A program made the position numbers and the translations under genes. A stretch of 57,568 nucleotides of DNA, filler included, from Platydemus manokwari (lineage: Eukaryota), in assembly GCA_037951405.1 (NCBI GenBank). It is 5 parts of 5 records of this genome, joined end to end, with 100 filler letters (N's around TTAATTAATTAA, not from the genome) between each part and the next. Parts side by side here need not be neighbours in the genome. Positions count along the whole stretch, not along the records: positions 23,485 to 33,318 come from JBBMOY011199210.1; positions 33,419 to 42,198 come from JBBMOY011351093.1; 3 more parts are not named here. One strand, 5' to 3'. Positions 26,390 to 39,924 of the stretch are shown here, piece by piece. Position 1 is the first letter of the stretch; the number at the start of each line of letters is the position of its first letter. Under the pieces are notes generated by a model that saw only the letters and a list, made by a program, of their open reading frames with translations, was not told the DNA's origin and did no database searches.

Positions 26390-29300
26390 AATACTTCCCA
26401 AGACCATCCCGACTTGAATGATCTTGAGGCTGCATCGTCTGCATTTGGAATATTGGCACAGAAAATCAACGAAAAGAAACGGTTTGAAGAATTGAGTAAG
26501 TTGTATTCTGTCAAGTTCATTTGCTAGAATATTATAAGACAATATTATAAATATATTTATATTAGCAAAAACACGTGCCATGGATATTGACGTCATATAG
26601 AATCTTAATATTTTTGTATATATCAATACTGAAATCGTACATCAAATGTTTTCATTTTATCTTTTATTTCATTTTATTTACGACAACATTTTCACATCAT
26701 CATATGTGTATGGATTTTTTGAATTTTCTTCCAGGAACAAGTTCTGATGTTCGTGAATTTTATTATTGATCATCTATTGATAATGCGATGATGTTCTCAT
26801 TATATAAATGTTGTGATTCATTTTCATACGTACAATATAATTTGATTATATAGTATTGGAACGAAAGTCTTGTCCAATAGAAAATAATATTGATATAATC
26901 AATAAAGAAAATATGTAAATTGAGAAATATAAACAAAACATCATTCTTCTGTAAATAGTCACCTTTAAGGTCTACACACTTTTGAAGCGATCCACTTTTC
27001 CGAATCATCGTTAACCTCTTCAGCGGAATGATACGTTTTCCCACGAAGTGAGTTTTTCATAAGAGAAAACAGGTAATAGTCTGAAGGGACAAGGTATGGG
27101 AAGTATGGTGAATGCTGTATTAGCGTTTAACCAATCTTAACAATCTTATTTTGAGCTAAACGTGTCGAGCGTTATCGTAAAAAAATGGAACTTTTCAAAA
27201 CTGTTCACAACACTTTCGTTCCAATCCTATATATTCGATTCTTATAGGATTGTTTTATTAACCAAATTATATTTGATAGTGAATGCTTGATCTTGGATTA
27301 AATTGTCACACATTTTAATGGTTTTGCTTGTGGGGTGGAATAACCTCGTCATAAAATGAATATTTATTTTTAATTCCATTAATCGAATAACAACTAAATA
27401 AATCTCTGACTCAGGAAATTTATTCACGAATCTCCTTTGTTTAAATTGAAATGATCATTCGAATCAAGATATGATATCAAAGAAGTCGATTATGGTAAAA
27501 TATAATGAAATACTTGTATTGGTAACTGATTATTGCTCTAGCTTGGTAAATTATCGATTTAGTTTCGATAATAATATATTAAAGGCCATTGATAATTAAT
27601 TAACTGATTGTTTAAATGGACAAATGACTAATTCATCATAAATTATTAGTAATTATTAATTAAATTAATTAATTATACATTATTTTAGAATTTCATGATT
27701 TATTTTTGATAGAAGCCAATTAAAGAAAAATGTTTCTCAAATATTTATTGATTAAATACTGACACAAAACTAATAATAAATTATAATAAAAAATTAATAT
27801 TTTTTAAATTATTAAAAAAAACAAATAATTAATTAATTAATTAATTATATTCGAGCTTCTTTTGTTTGGTATTTGTTGCACTAAAGTTTTTCATTACCCC
27901 TTAACATGAATGATAATTTTGTTTAATAATTTGTGTTTATATGAAGTCAGCAAATAATAATTAAAAGCCATTACTGGGTTGTTGCATGAAGTTGGTGTTA
28001 TCTGATCTTAAAAGCTTGATAGAGCATTTTTCGGTTTTAATGTATTACACAAACAACAATGTCGATTTAATATATGGACATGATCATTGTTCTTAAAATA
28101 TTTAATTAAAAGGAATTAGAAAATGACTATTTGACAATTTAAAAAATTTATTTATCACACAAATATCGATGACGGTGCCTGGTAATCAAGTGATATAAAC
28201 AAATTACAAAATTCTCATATAAATCAATTTTGTTTAAATTAATAATCCGTCTCTATTGTTTGATAAATGAACAATGAGTTGTAACCAATAGGAGCATCGG
28301 CATTTGATCGAAATGAGAAATGGCACATGAAAACATTGCATGCTTTACAAAAGAAACCGAAACGTGTCATCGCATCAATCTCGCTGGCTGCTCAGGAAGT
28401 TGACAACGATTATCAACGTGCAGTCAATAGTTTTAAAAATCTCAAAAAATGTATTACCTTTTTCAGAGATTTGGTCTTCATTCTACGAGATAATTTGAGA
28501 GTAATTCTTTTTCTTTGTTAATATATTGATAAATAATTTGGTCTATTTCTTTTCTCAGGAAGTTCTCGGTCTTTATTCATCTATTGCTGATAATTTAACA
28601 TCGATTCTGAAATCTCAATTCTGTTCGGAATTGAATTTTTATCTGGTCATTTGTAAACGAGACGAGAGTGATTATTTTAAGAAATACGTAATTAAATTAT
28701 TTTTTTGATTATTAGAATGTTATATTAGTATTGTAATAAATATTATGTTGGTGGATAAGTTCGTACGGTTTTTTACAATTATGAAAAATGCATACTGATC
28801 AAGAATAAAAACCATGCAATAAATTTCAGATAACAAAATGGATTTATGAAATCATTATAAAAAACAAATATCTCAGTCTCAATCGGTGAGATATTCTCCC
28901 CCAAAATCGATCACTTCCTTTTGAGGACTTACCCAAGCTTTTTTGTGTTTCAAATTTACATACAGGCATCATTTCTCACCATCTGTTACGATCCTCGAAA
29001 AGAAAGATTGATGTTTCTGCACAGTGGATTGATGGCGAACTAGTAAAGATGCAGAAATCGAAACACGTTGATTTTTCTGACTTTCTTTGAGAAGGTGAGG
29101 TACCCATTATGCAAGCTTTTAAATTTTTCCCTTTTTCTTGAGATGTCGAGAAATAGTGGTGTGATCACAGTCCATGGTTTGTCCATGTTCTCGTGTCGAT
29201 TGACGCGGATCATCATGAATTAATTGGTTCAAACAGTCTTCATCAGTCGCTAGATTGGCCTGACCGAGGTGCATCGTAATGTAAATCAAAATTTTCACTG

Positions 29301-32300
29301 TTAAATTTCGTAAACCATTTTTGTGCTATTCGTTCACTGACTGCCTTTTCTCCATAAACGCAACAAATCATTCTGGTGGCTTCTGCAGCGTTTAAATATT
29401 GATTAAAATAGAAAAGGAGTAGATGCCAAAAATGTTCATTTTTATCTACTTGACACTTCATTTTAATGAGGGTAATGAAAGTGGAAGTAAGTCTAAAATG
29501 ATTTAAATAGATAATGATTATGACTCAAATCAGTTAAAACAAAGAGTTGATGTGTTTTCTTTGCAACAAATAAAACCGCACGAAATTATGCATCAACCCA
29601 ATAAATTAAAAATCGATTGGTTATCTTATAGCGATAACAATTATTATTTTTACACTAATATTTATAGTTGTATTTAATTATACCAATAAAATGAAATTAT
29701 ATGATTGATTTTCCTTATTAATGACTAGTGGAACAGTTATCGACCGAAACTTTATAGAAAATATAAGCACATATTCGATGAATATTTTTTCTTAACTTTA
29801 TGTATCGATTTATCTTAAGAATGTGAAATTACATATGAGTGAGAATACCGATTAATTCAATCACGTTTCTGATACACCTGTTGTTTTGGTGAGACAGTTG
29901 ATGGTAAAAAATGTATAAAATTCGTATATGGCATTCGACCTATGTCGCGATAATTAAGTTTGTATCGAAATGATTTCGAGTCAAAATTTAAATCAAAATG
30001 TATTTTTGTAGATTTTTATGCAGAAATTCAGTATGAACTTTCGTAACTAACTTGTGTTCATTAAAAGATTTTGTTTAAATCAATGGGAATGTTTATGCCA
30101 TTTTTGATCTTTTCAATATCTGATGAGTAGACAGACTTGTGTGAAGACATGAGATTGATTTTCCGAAAAAGTGCCTTTAAACAGTTGAACTGTCGAAATT
30201 GATTTAATTCCAGAAGTTTTGATGTTAAAAAACAACCAATGAAATTCAATCACAAAATCAATGATAATACAATAAAGATATTCGTCGAATGATTTAAAAA
30301 ATGAATGAGAATATCTGATCATGTACCAGGAAGTCATTGAAAAATCACAAAAGATGATTGAAATATGTTTGTATGTTTGATGTTTGAGTGCTGTGAGAAA
30401 ATGTAATATTTCTACTTCCGTATTTTCTCTAGCATTTACGCGTCTATTATGGTAGATGATTGTTTTGATAAACATATAGTTTATTATTATATTATTTCTT
30501 GTAAATATTTAATTTTGGAATTTATGACAATTCAGATATGTGTTCTAAACCATGTTGTAGTAAATCCACTCAATAAACTTCTTGAATTGTTTTCCGGACC
30601 GATTTTGTTAATCAAAAAGCGTAAATCGAAATATCTGGATTATCTTGGTATGAAACAAAGATATGAAGATATTAAAGATATTAAGGTACAAATTCGAAAG
30701 TGATTGTGATTTTATTTATGGAAACTTTTCAATGGTCCAGGTATCCCGTATACAAATGGATAAAATGGAACAACTGAAAAATCAATATTCGGCTATTAAT
30801 AATACTTTGAAAGATGAACTACCAATTCTAACATCAAAGGCAACTGTGATTTTAAATGAATGTTTGGCCAATTATTTACAGTTGACCACAGCAAGCTTAC
30901 AAACGAGCATCGTAAGCTTGAAAAATTTGATTGGGGTATTTGTTTATTATTTTCTTATTATTTATGATTATTGGTTTTATGATGATAGGTATAATAAAGG
31001 TTTGATATGCTATAAATCAGTATTATATTCTTTAACATTTTAAATAACAGTTGTCAAGGCATAACCCGTGGGACAAAGTTTGGAAATATACCACAACTAT
31101 TGAAATGATGAAAAGATTCTGACTTAATGATAGATTTTAGGAATTTTAATTATTAAATTATATTTAGATAAGTTTTCTAGTTATTTAATAATTAATTAGA
31201 TTATAATTGTAAGGCAAAAAGTAAATTCTTAAAATATTTATAAATTTATGAAAGACAATATAGATTGTAATTAGATTAAATTTGATTTTAAGATATGATC
31301 GCTAAAATAATCTTCAAAAATGATTATGGATACGTGAATGTTGTCGGTATAAATTGTTAAGATTAATAAAATTTATTGTGTCATAAAGGTCATCGCCATA
31401 ATTGTTTTGGTTGAAAATTTCTGTAATTGTGTCTGAGCTAAATCTGTCTAATGGTCGGGTGTATGATCTTATGATATCTTCTAGGGTCGATTGAGATTTC
31501 ATCATTAAAGATATCATGATAATGAAAAATATTTTGAGAATAAAATGGTTAATAATTATGTTATTTGAAAATATTATTGGGTTTCAATGCAATAATTATC
31601 CGATTGTTGATGGTTTGGTTTATGAGTTGAAAGTAAAATGTTTTGTAAATATGATGACAATTAATTACATATTGAGCTATTCATAGATTAGTAGAATTGA
31701 ATCCTCTTTTATACAACATCTTGTTTCAAATACACGAGCTCTGCTTTATTTAAAACAAATGATCAGGAATATGTTATCAAAATATAGAAACTTTTTTGGT
31801 AAATATCGATACATACAAAACTTCACAAATTTATTTGATAATGAATCGGTTTTTTCTTCTGGTTTCCAACATGTTCTGTGTACAAAACTACATTTTATCA
31901 ACTCAAATATATATAATTCCTATTAATCTCAATGTATTACAAAGGTTAACATATATCAAAAAGTGAATATTTATTGACACGTAAGCCGAGGGGATTTGGA
32001 TCAATATTCGATGGCCATATTAAAACATTAGTTACAAGTAAATTTATCTCTTCTAATTAATCTGTATCCAAATAAAATTTTTGTAATCGATCATGCGGTT
32101 TGGTTAGTACGAGATCCATTGTAGTATAGTATATTGATATCTTTTCTCAACATTAAATTAGTGTTTAAGGATTCGTGTTTCTTTATTTTTGTAATAGTTA
32201 TAAATAATAGCTCAGTTACTATATATCAGGGAGATCAATCATCAGTAGAGGAAGAACAAAAAAATTGTAAAAATCATCAAAACGAAATCTTACACAATTT

Positions 32301-32563
32301 CCAACGGGAACTCGTCAGTTCCAGTTCTCAAAATCGTAATAGTATTGTCAAAGGTGATTTTTCTTCATCTTTCAATATCGGAAATGGTATGAATCCAATG
32401 AATCGAAACAGTATCTATCATCAAGTATAAATAATATTTTTAATGTATTGTTTTATTATCAGTGTATGGCATTTATTAGACCAAAGAAGATGTTTTAATA
32501 TTGGTGAAAAAATTCGATCCCGATAATTTGGCTCGTGTTAAAAAGGATTTCATTCCTACAAAG
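26390..32563 (+). CDS. DNMBP: Dynamin-binding protein/Tuba (ARHGEF37/38 family) RhoGEF, partial: end of DH domain, BAR domain, start of SH3
   Basis: Exons 26390-26495 (NTSQDHPD...QKINEKKRFEEL), 28292-28500, 28559-28687, 30536-30685 (VVNPLNKLLELFSGPILLIKKRKSKYLDY), 30741-30935 (YSAINNTLKDELP), 32230-32424 and 32480-32563 (KFDPDNLARVKKDF). Exons between 30935 and 32230 are unresolved; 5' and 3' parts lie outside this contig. Confidence 0.8.
26955..27190 (-). mobile_element. Mariner transposase C-terminal fragment (intronic)
   Basis: Minus strand DNARH...QHSPYFPYLVPSDYYLFSLMKNSLRGKTYHSAEEV matches the YSPDLAPSDY(H/Y)LF motif. Confidence 0.8.
28741..29602 (-). mobile_element. Internally deleted mariner element (about 860 bp) in DNMBP intron
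   Basis: About 32-bp imperfect TIRs with flanking TA (tattatgttggtggataagttcgtacggtttt and aaaaccgcacgaaattatgcatcaacccaata); transposase N-terminus MKCQVDKNEHFWHLLLFYF...AAEATRMICCVYGE, then WVPHLL and RIVTDGEK* with stops and frameshifts; C-terminal part absent. Confidence 0.92.
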
Positions 32564-33318
32564 GTATATTTACAATTATTCGAAAAGATATCAAATTTTC
32601 CCATTTGTAAAATCTATCATATTGTAAATATCCATATAAACTTGTGAAAGACTGAATAATATGAAATATGTTTCGCTTTTCAATTTATCGTTTGCTTTTC
32701 TATTTATATATAAATCCCACTGGTCCAAAATGATTAGAATATTTCCTCTTTTATGTCAAAATCTTTAAACCAATATCCATATACAGAAGTGAATTATATA
32801 AAATACAGGCGTTAACCATATTTTTTATTAGTTTTCTTTATTTGATTTCTGTTTTTCTTCCGATTTTTATTCAATTTAAATTGTTTTATTTATTAAATAT
32901 AGTGGTTATCATTCATTAAATCGATAGCCTACAACTAATACTATTGGATTTATATGTGCATTTAGAATATATTAGACAATAACACAAGTAGTTTTCAATA
33001 AATTCATAATTAATGATAATTATTTGAATGCAATATTAAAAATCAATATAAATTCGATCATTAATTGTAATATAAAATGCAAATTTCAAATCAAAAGACT
33101 CAGTAATCCGTCATTTTAGCCAGTTTGAGCGGATTATAAAATGATGATGATGATTTTTAAAATACGAATTTGAAAGATTTGATTATCCAGTTGTATATAT
33201 TAATTTGTTTAAATATTTGTAGTTCAATATAATTTTGTGTCATGACTTTTAAATTAGTTTCCAATACATGCTTACACGGCTTATGTGGTTAAGAATTTTA
33301 ATGCTAAATTTAAATAAT

Positions 33319-33418
33319 NNNNNNNNNNNNNNNNNNNNNNNNNNNNNNNNNNNNNNNNNNNNTTAATTAATTAANNNNNNNNNNNNNNNNNNNNNNNNNN
33401 NNNNNNNNNNNNNNNNNN
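33319..33418. other. Artificial contig linker
   Basis: N44-TTAATTAATTAA-N44. Confidence 0.95.
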
Positions 33419-36400
33419 ATCGAAAATTGTAATGTCAAGTAATTGATAAACATTATTGGATATCGATTTTTAAATATAAATTATAGAGAACAGATCAATG
33501 GAACATCAACAGATTCGAACAAGTTTCTTATTGATTTATTATTTTCTATTTTATATTGATAATATTCTAATAAAATATTTTTGATAAAATCAATGAAAAT
33601 TGTTTTGTGATTTCTTGTTTAGATTTTGAGGCACACATTGACTTTAATATTGTGTATTCAATGGTGCTATATGATCATTAGGGGCAATACTTTTGTGGAC
33701 TACATTTTAATAGTCACGTGAATAAAATATTGAAGAAACAAATCTGAGAAATTATTCTAAGAATATTCAATTTAAAATAAATCGATATTGATTTGTTATA
33801 TATAATCTACTGGCCAGTTGAATATCACACAACTATTTTCAACTCGGTGATTACTTATCAATTTTCATGTTCGATATTTGTATGAAGACTTGTAAAAGAA
33901 TAAATTGAAAAAGATTTCTCCATCTTGAATCGACATGTGTTGAGGAATTCTGATAGATTAATAAATCGAGAGAACCACAATGTTCAGTTTTGAAGATGAA
34001 GAACTCAAATTATTATTAATAGGCAAATACAAACTTTTGATGAGATATCGATATTGATTTTATTGAAGATATCATCAAGTTAAAGACTCGAGAAGTCAAG
34101 CAGTTCACTCGACAAGTAGAGAAATGATTCAAAATTATATTTAATAAGTCCTTACATTTTTAAGATATCACAAAAATATTTTGACCTTTTCGTACATCTG
34201 TAGGCTTTGAATACTTTGTGATAAATACTATGCGCTGAAATAAAGCCAAAAACGAAGTATTTATGATTGATAATGAAGATATGTAAAGTGATCTTGAGTT
34301 TGAATCCATGAGTTAATGAATTATGAAATGATGGGCATTAGGAATGAATCTAATTAATAAATGATGAATAGAAAGAACAATGAAACCGATTTGTCGATTG
34401 ATAACCCTTTGATATTGATAATGGGTGAATAGTAAAGCTTTACAGAATTCTAACAATTTCTCTCTAAGATTATAAAAAATGTATTTCTAAATTTAGATGT
34501 TCGAAACTGCGGAATTCAGAAAAAGTTTTCGAGTTCATAAAAGAAAAACAAGAGATAAGAAATGAATATAAAGTAATGAAATCAATTGATCGGTAACTGA
34601 ATTGAACTATTCGATTAAGACACTCAAAGAAGATTCACAACAATTTGTTCTGTCGATGAGTCTATCACTTGAAATTGGCAATTTGAATGTCGAGAAAAAC
34701 AGATTCAAAAACTTTCTACCTTGTAACGATTTTTTTATAAATAAAACATTTTTATTTATATTTTCATATAATCGTTAGTAACATATTTGATAATGAATTT
34801 CCATTGAAATAATTATGAAAAATCTGAGAATTGTTGCCAGATTTATAATAAAATATATATTTAGTTGATCAATCTCGAGTTATTCTCAAAGATAATTCTC
34901 CTCGCACTGATTATATCAATGCTAGTATTATCCCATTTGACACTGCTCACAGTCAACATATTGAATATATTGCTGCTCAAGCTCCAAATGAAGAGACTAT
35001 TTCTGATTTCTGGTTGATGATCTGGCAACAGAATATCTCAATCATCGTCATGTTAACAAGGTTTTACAAATAAATGATAAATATCGAGTTGATAACAATA
35101 ATAAAGCATTTATGAGGATGGTAAAGTGAAATGTGTTCAATATTGGCGGAACGAATTAAATAAGGTAAAGCCATTTGGTTCGAATATGCTCTTTCTTATC
35201 TCATTGGAGAATGTAATCGAAACAGATGTTTATATCGAAAGAAAGATAAATATAAGATCTGAGGTAAATATTTGATAAAACATCGCTGATGATTATATCG
35301 TGAGTTGTCTAAATTTAGAAAACATATATCTCGACTCTGACTATCATTGAAAACAATGTCGCATTAAAATATGTTTTGAAATTGTGATTGATTGATCGAT
35401 ATTGTAGCTTAGAAACACCAAAATATATATTTGTTCATAAATAAATTATTTATTCAGAAGACAAAACAAACAAGAGATGTCACACATTTACAAATGAAAA
35501 CTTGGCTTGATTATTCCAGTCCAAATTTAGAAGATTTCGAATCATTCTTGTTTCGATTCCATCAATTGATACAATCCGACAATCATGAACCATATTTGAT
35601 TCATTGCAGGTCAGTAGGCAATATATTATATTTGTCAATAAGTTCAGATCCTCCTGGAGACACCCAAAACAAATACAATTTAGTAAAGAATTATATCAAT
35701 TTTTATCTGTATAAAATAGCTATAAATGGTTCGAAGAATTGATTAAATAAAGTGTTATGTATCTACAGAAAATTATTTTTATTTTATAAATCAGAAATTT
35801 TTAGAATTAGTCAATGAAAATAATATCCCATTAATAAACAATTTGATGCATTTATTATTTGGATTGATAGAAGATATAGATAATGAACGAATAAAACCTA
35901 AATAGAAGAATCAAATAAAACCTAAAGATATTGTTGATTATTTTAAAATTCTGAAGAATGTTTTATATTTTCATACCCATTTTGTAAATAAAATCGTCAA
36001 TTTCTATTACGAACTGCATAATTATATTTATCTGCTTGATCACAAATTAATATCTCAGATAAATGAATATTATCTCTCTTTACATTGCCTTAAATTTATT
36101 TAAAATCAGTAATTTTTTCTGAAGCGATAATGGCAAATTTGTAGTTAATTCTTTAATCTGATATTCAATTTTATCTTCTAAAATCATTCCTTGTTTTGAG
36201 TCTCGGCTAATCCATCCAAATTAATATCATAATAATATATATTGTAATAACACATCTACCTTAGCAGTAGTTTCAATAACAGATTGTAAACACAGAATCA
36301 AGAATTAAATCTTCTTTTAGACATTCTTTAAAATTAAAATTAAAATGGACGTTTCAGTTTTAAATTTTAAAAATGAGTTTTTTTAAATATTTTTTTAGAG

Positions 36401-36892
36401 AGATTACAGTAATGGTTTGAGCAAGATAAATACAATTATGAAATATTTTTAATATAATTAATTAAAAATATTTTTTGATTATTAATCGTAATCTTATTTA
36501 AATTATAAACCTCAATATGAGTCATTGACACTATCATTTTCTTCATTATATTGAAGTGCTGGTGTTGGCAGAACAGGAACATTTATTGTAATCGATAGAA
36601 TTATTAGAAAAATTGCTGCTGATATACGAAACATCAATATTTATAAAGAAGTACTCGAAGTGAGAAAATATCGACAATTTATGGTTCAACGTCAGGTAAA
36701 AGAGATTTTTATTTGAAAAAATAAGTTCTTATTTCAGACACAATATGTTTTCATTTACGAGTTCATTCAATATTTTGTGAAAAAATATGTGGGAACTACT
36801 GATAAAGGTGGAGGTAAGAATTATTGTGTTGAGAAAAATCTCGTTTTAAGGCTGTCATTTCAGATGAAATTCTTTATTTCAATGACGAATGA
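33419..36892 (+). CDS. Classical protein tyrosine phosphatase, 5'-partial, single C-terminal catalytic domain
   Basis: Exons 33419-33438, 33487-33522, 34497-34572, 34620-34722, 34865-35060, 35107-35263, 35458-35609, 36557-36695, 36738-36813, 36864-36892, phase-compatible. Motifs KNRFKNFLP, DYINAS, YIAAQAP, DFWLMIWQ, IIVMLT, KCVQYW, WLD (WPD loop), IHCSAGVGRTGTF, MVQRQTQYVFIY. Confidence 0.93.
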
Positions 36893-37475
36893 GATTGCTT
36901 AATGAAATGGGAATATCAACAATTATAAGAAATTATTATAATTTATAATGATAATATTTATAATATGTGAATTATTTATTGATTTATTTGATTTTGTAAT
37001 GATTTTTTGAATGATTTGCTATCGATTAATATATGAAAATCAATATTAAAAGCTATTAGTCTTTAAAGTCAGCTGTCGTCATAGTTTTAATTATTTTATA
37101 ATGAAATTAGCTCTCAATGAATTCTGATTTTATCTGAATAAATAAAGAAATTCCAATAATTGTTATGCCAACAATTAATGATAACATTTAAAATTTTAAA
37201 AATTATTTTTATGACAATAACAGATGTGGAATATATAAATATGAAAATTAAATAAAATCATATTAATATGATAAATATTTATTCATATGATAAATATTTC
37301 CAGTAATATTTTCATAATTGGATTTAATATCATTTTAATCTAATAAGTAAAATTAAATTTCAAATCAAATATATAAATAAATTTATTGCAACTAGTTTTA
37401 AAAGATTATATTTGATTTAGAAATGTATGTATTATTGCTTTTACTTTAGAGCTCTTTAAACAAAATAAGTAATTC

Positions 37476-38062
37476 TATGAGAGGTAAAGAATAGGAAGAA
37501 CTAAGGGAAGACTTTCTGATATAATTAAGAATATTATATCACTTATAATATAATACCATACACGTAAAACAGCTGAAACCGTCGCAGTACATGAGTATTT
37601 AAAAGGTTTAGAAATAATGTTATGCGATAAGAGTGATGGTTGCCGAGTTAGAATTGTTAGATGAAATCGATAATTAGTTAAAGAGACTTAATGCCAGTAG
37701 TAAGTATGATCAGTGCTTTGAACCACACACATTCACACACATATATGACACGAAGTACTGATCATACTTACTGTAAGCCGCTACTGTTTAATAAAAAACG
37801 CATCGAAAACGAACCGAAAAGACTCGACATTCAATTCTATTATAAAGACTATTATTTAAACAAATAAAGAACATTTAATACCAAATTAAATTAAATATAA
37901 ATTTAAATTGAATAAAAATTTAAATTAAATATAAAATTAAATTAAATTTAAAAACAAATTCAATACAACATTGAATTTAATATAAAATTCAATTCAATAT
38001 AAATTAAATTCTATACTAATTCAAATTGAATTCAATATGATATTCTCATATCTCCCTTTTTT
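37476..38062 (-). mobile_element. Putative 3' LTR (37476-38050) with adjacent polypurine tract (38051-38062)
   Basis: 575-bp unit bounded by inverted TATGAGA...TCTCATA; on the minus strand AAAAAAGGGAGA directly abuts the start; internal AT low-complexity block and a 22-bp hairpin. Confidence 0.5.
37699..37772 (+). other. Stem-loop: 22-bp stem, 30-nt AC-rich loop
   Basis: agtaagtatgatcagtgctttg pairs with cgaagtactgatcatacttact (20 Watson-Crick + 2 G-U pairs). Confidence 0.8.
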
Positions 38063-38307
38063 AAAATCCTTCGAAAGCTCGTAATAATACAGCTCTCTTA
38101 TTCTTTCATCTTCTATAGCTTTTATGTGTCGATACTGTTATTTGTAATGTGTTACGGTGTTATTGGGTTACCTAATTCTGGTTACTGCTTCGATGATGAC
38201 TCAGCGATAACTCATTCATAGTCATTCTCAGTGAATATTAATTCAACACAGTACATACATGTTTTCTGCTTCTATAACGGTTATAGATAATTATTAAAAA
38301 ATAACAC

Positions 38308-39402
38308 AATTTTCTCAACAACAAAGAGCATAAAATTTAATTAAAAAACAAGATAAAACATAAAAATATTTTAAAATTTATTCTGTATAAAACCACATGA
38401 ACACAGAAAAAAATGTCAAATTATCTCCAATCCCCAATATCATTAAATAACAATGTCGACTAATAGATTGCATTTGTTGTAATATATTTTTGTCACTTGC
38501 TACTGTTGTAGAAAATATTTTCTATTATAGAAATCGATATCTCTACCACAGAGATGATAACAGAAATCCGTACTAATCATCTCTAATGGTAGATAGATTT
38601 GAAACGCTAATATTTATTAAATATCTGACACATTTGTTAACTAGTTTCTTTCAGCGAATATACCCAAGAAACGTGCGCATAAGTGTATGCGTGTAATAGA
38701 TTATCGATTATAAAATTAAATGTTTTCAGGAATAAATTAAATAAAATCTTAATTTTCTTTTGGAAAACCGGCACATTAATTTCAAAACTATTTGGCACCA
38801 ATGATCATTAAGATGAATGTCATAATTATTAGTTGGAAGAGTAGTTCGATTTCGTTTATTACCAATTAGATACATTTCCAACTCATCAAATACAGTTCCT
38901 CCAAAAATTTATAAATAATTATTTATATTATTATTATTTATATAATCATTATAGGAGGAAATATCTCAATTAAAATAGTCAATCAAATAGTAAAGTATTT
39001 GAAAGGAATTGAGATGGCAGGTTTATGATAAATTATTTCTGTCAAATATCATCATAAAAATCAATATATAAATTCAATCGATATGAAATTAAGATTGACG
39101 TCATTATTAAATTTAGAACAAAATCTGTGTGTAATGAATTTTTTATGAAAATCTAATTTTCTCAACAAAAAAGAAACCCATAAAATTCCTTCAAATAACA
39201 AAATAAAACATGAAAATATTTAAAAATTTATTCTACATAAAAACAAATGAATACGGAAAAATAAATGTCAATTTAACGGCAATCTCCAATATATTTTGGT
39301 AACAACGTCGGCCAACAGATTGCATTTGCTGTCATATTTCTGTGTCACTTGCTACTGACGTAGAAAATATTTTCTGTTACAGAAATCGATATTTCTACTA
39401 CA
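38308..39402. repeat. Diverged direct duplication of about 245 bp (38308-38550 and 39155-39402)
   Basis: Shared blocks aattttctcaacaa...aaaatttattct...agattgcatttg...tgtcacttgctactg..gtagaaaatattttct.tta.agaaatcgatat.tctac.aca. Confidence 0.85.
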
Positions 39403-39588
39403 TCAATATTAGCCAAAAAGAAAAATCAATATCTTTAAATAGATTATATCCAGAAAGTCCTTATTGCTACTAAATAATAATTAATTTCAAGAAGAAAAGG
39501 ATATTAACTTACTTTCATCTGTAATGTCGTTCTCTTCTATCCTCTATAGTTTCTTAACTAAAAGCAAAGGACAACTCATACCTACTCA

Positions 39589-39924
39589 TCAGGAATGCAA
39601 CACCTCTGGATCCTCAGTAAGTTGTCCATTCATCCCGTCAACCATGTCAGTTTCTACTAACGGTCTTATAATGCTGGGATCTTCATTTATCTGTCCATTT
39701 AATCCGATATCGAATACAGTATCAATCGTCTCCATGTCTGAACCTGTGACCAACAGCACATCTGGAATATTACAATCAATTTCACAATCTACACAATTAA
39801 ATGAAATATCTGAACCTTGTTCAATGAGATCTCTCCATATATTTATAATAATTCTCATTTGATCCGACAGATAATAAAAAATTCTTCTCCAATTATTAAG
39901 GACTTCCTGGATGAATCCCAGCAT
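39589..39924 (-). CDS. Hypothetical acidic 111-aa protein with an internal repeat
   Basis: ATG-initiated ORF preceded by a splice acceptor (ttccag); internal repeat DIGLNGQINEDPSII / DGMNGQLTEDPEVL; intron-like GT-AG segments after the stop; no recognised family. Confidence 0.4.
   Translation of the reverse strand: MLGFIQEVLNNWRRIFYYLSDQMRIIINIWRDLIEQGSDISFNCVDCEIDCNIPDVLLVTGSDMETIDTVFDIGLNGQINEDPSIIRPLVETDMVDGMNGQLTEDPEVLHS

Noticed and set aside
28150-28175. In-frame TGA after KYR suggesting readthrough or a variant genetic code in DNMBP
   Set aside because: A direct phase-1 splice 26495 to 28292 keeps the frame; all intact genes translate with the standard code and use TGA/TAA as stops.
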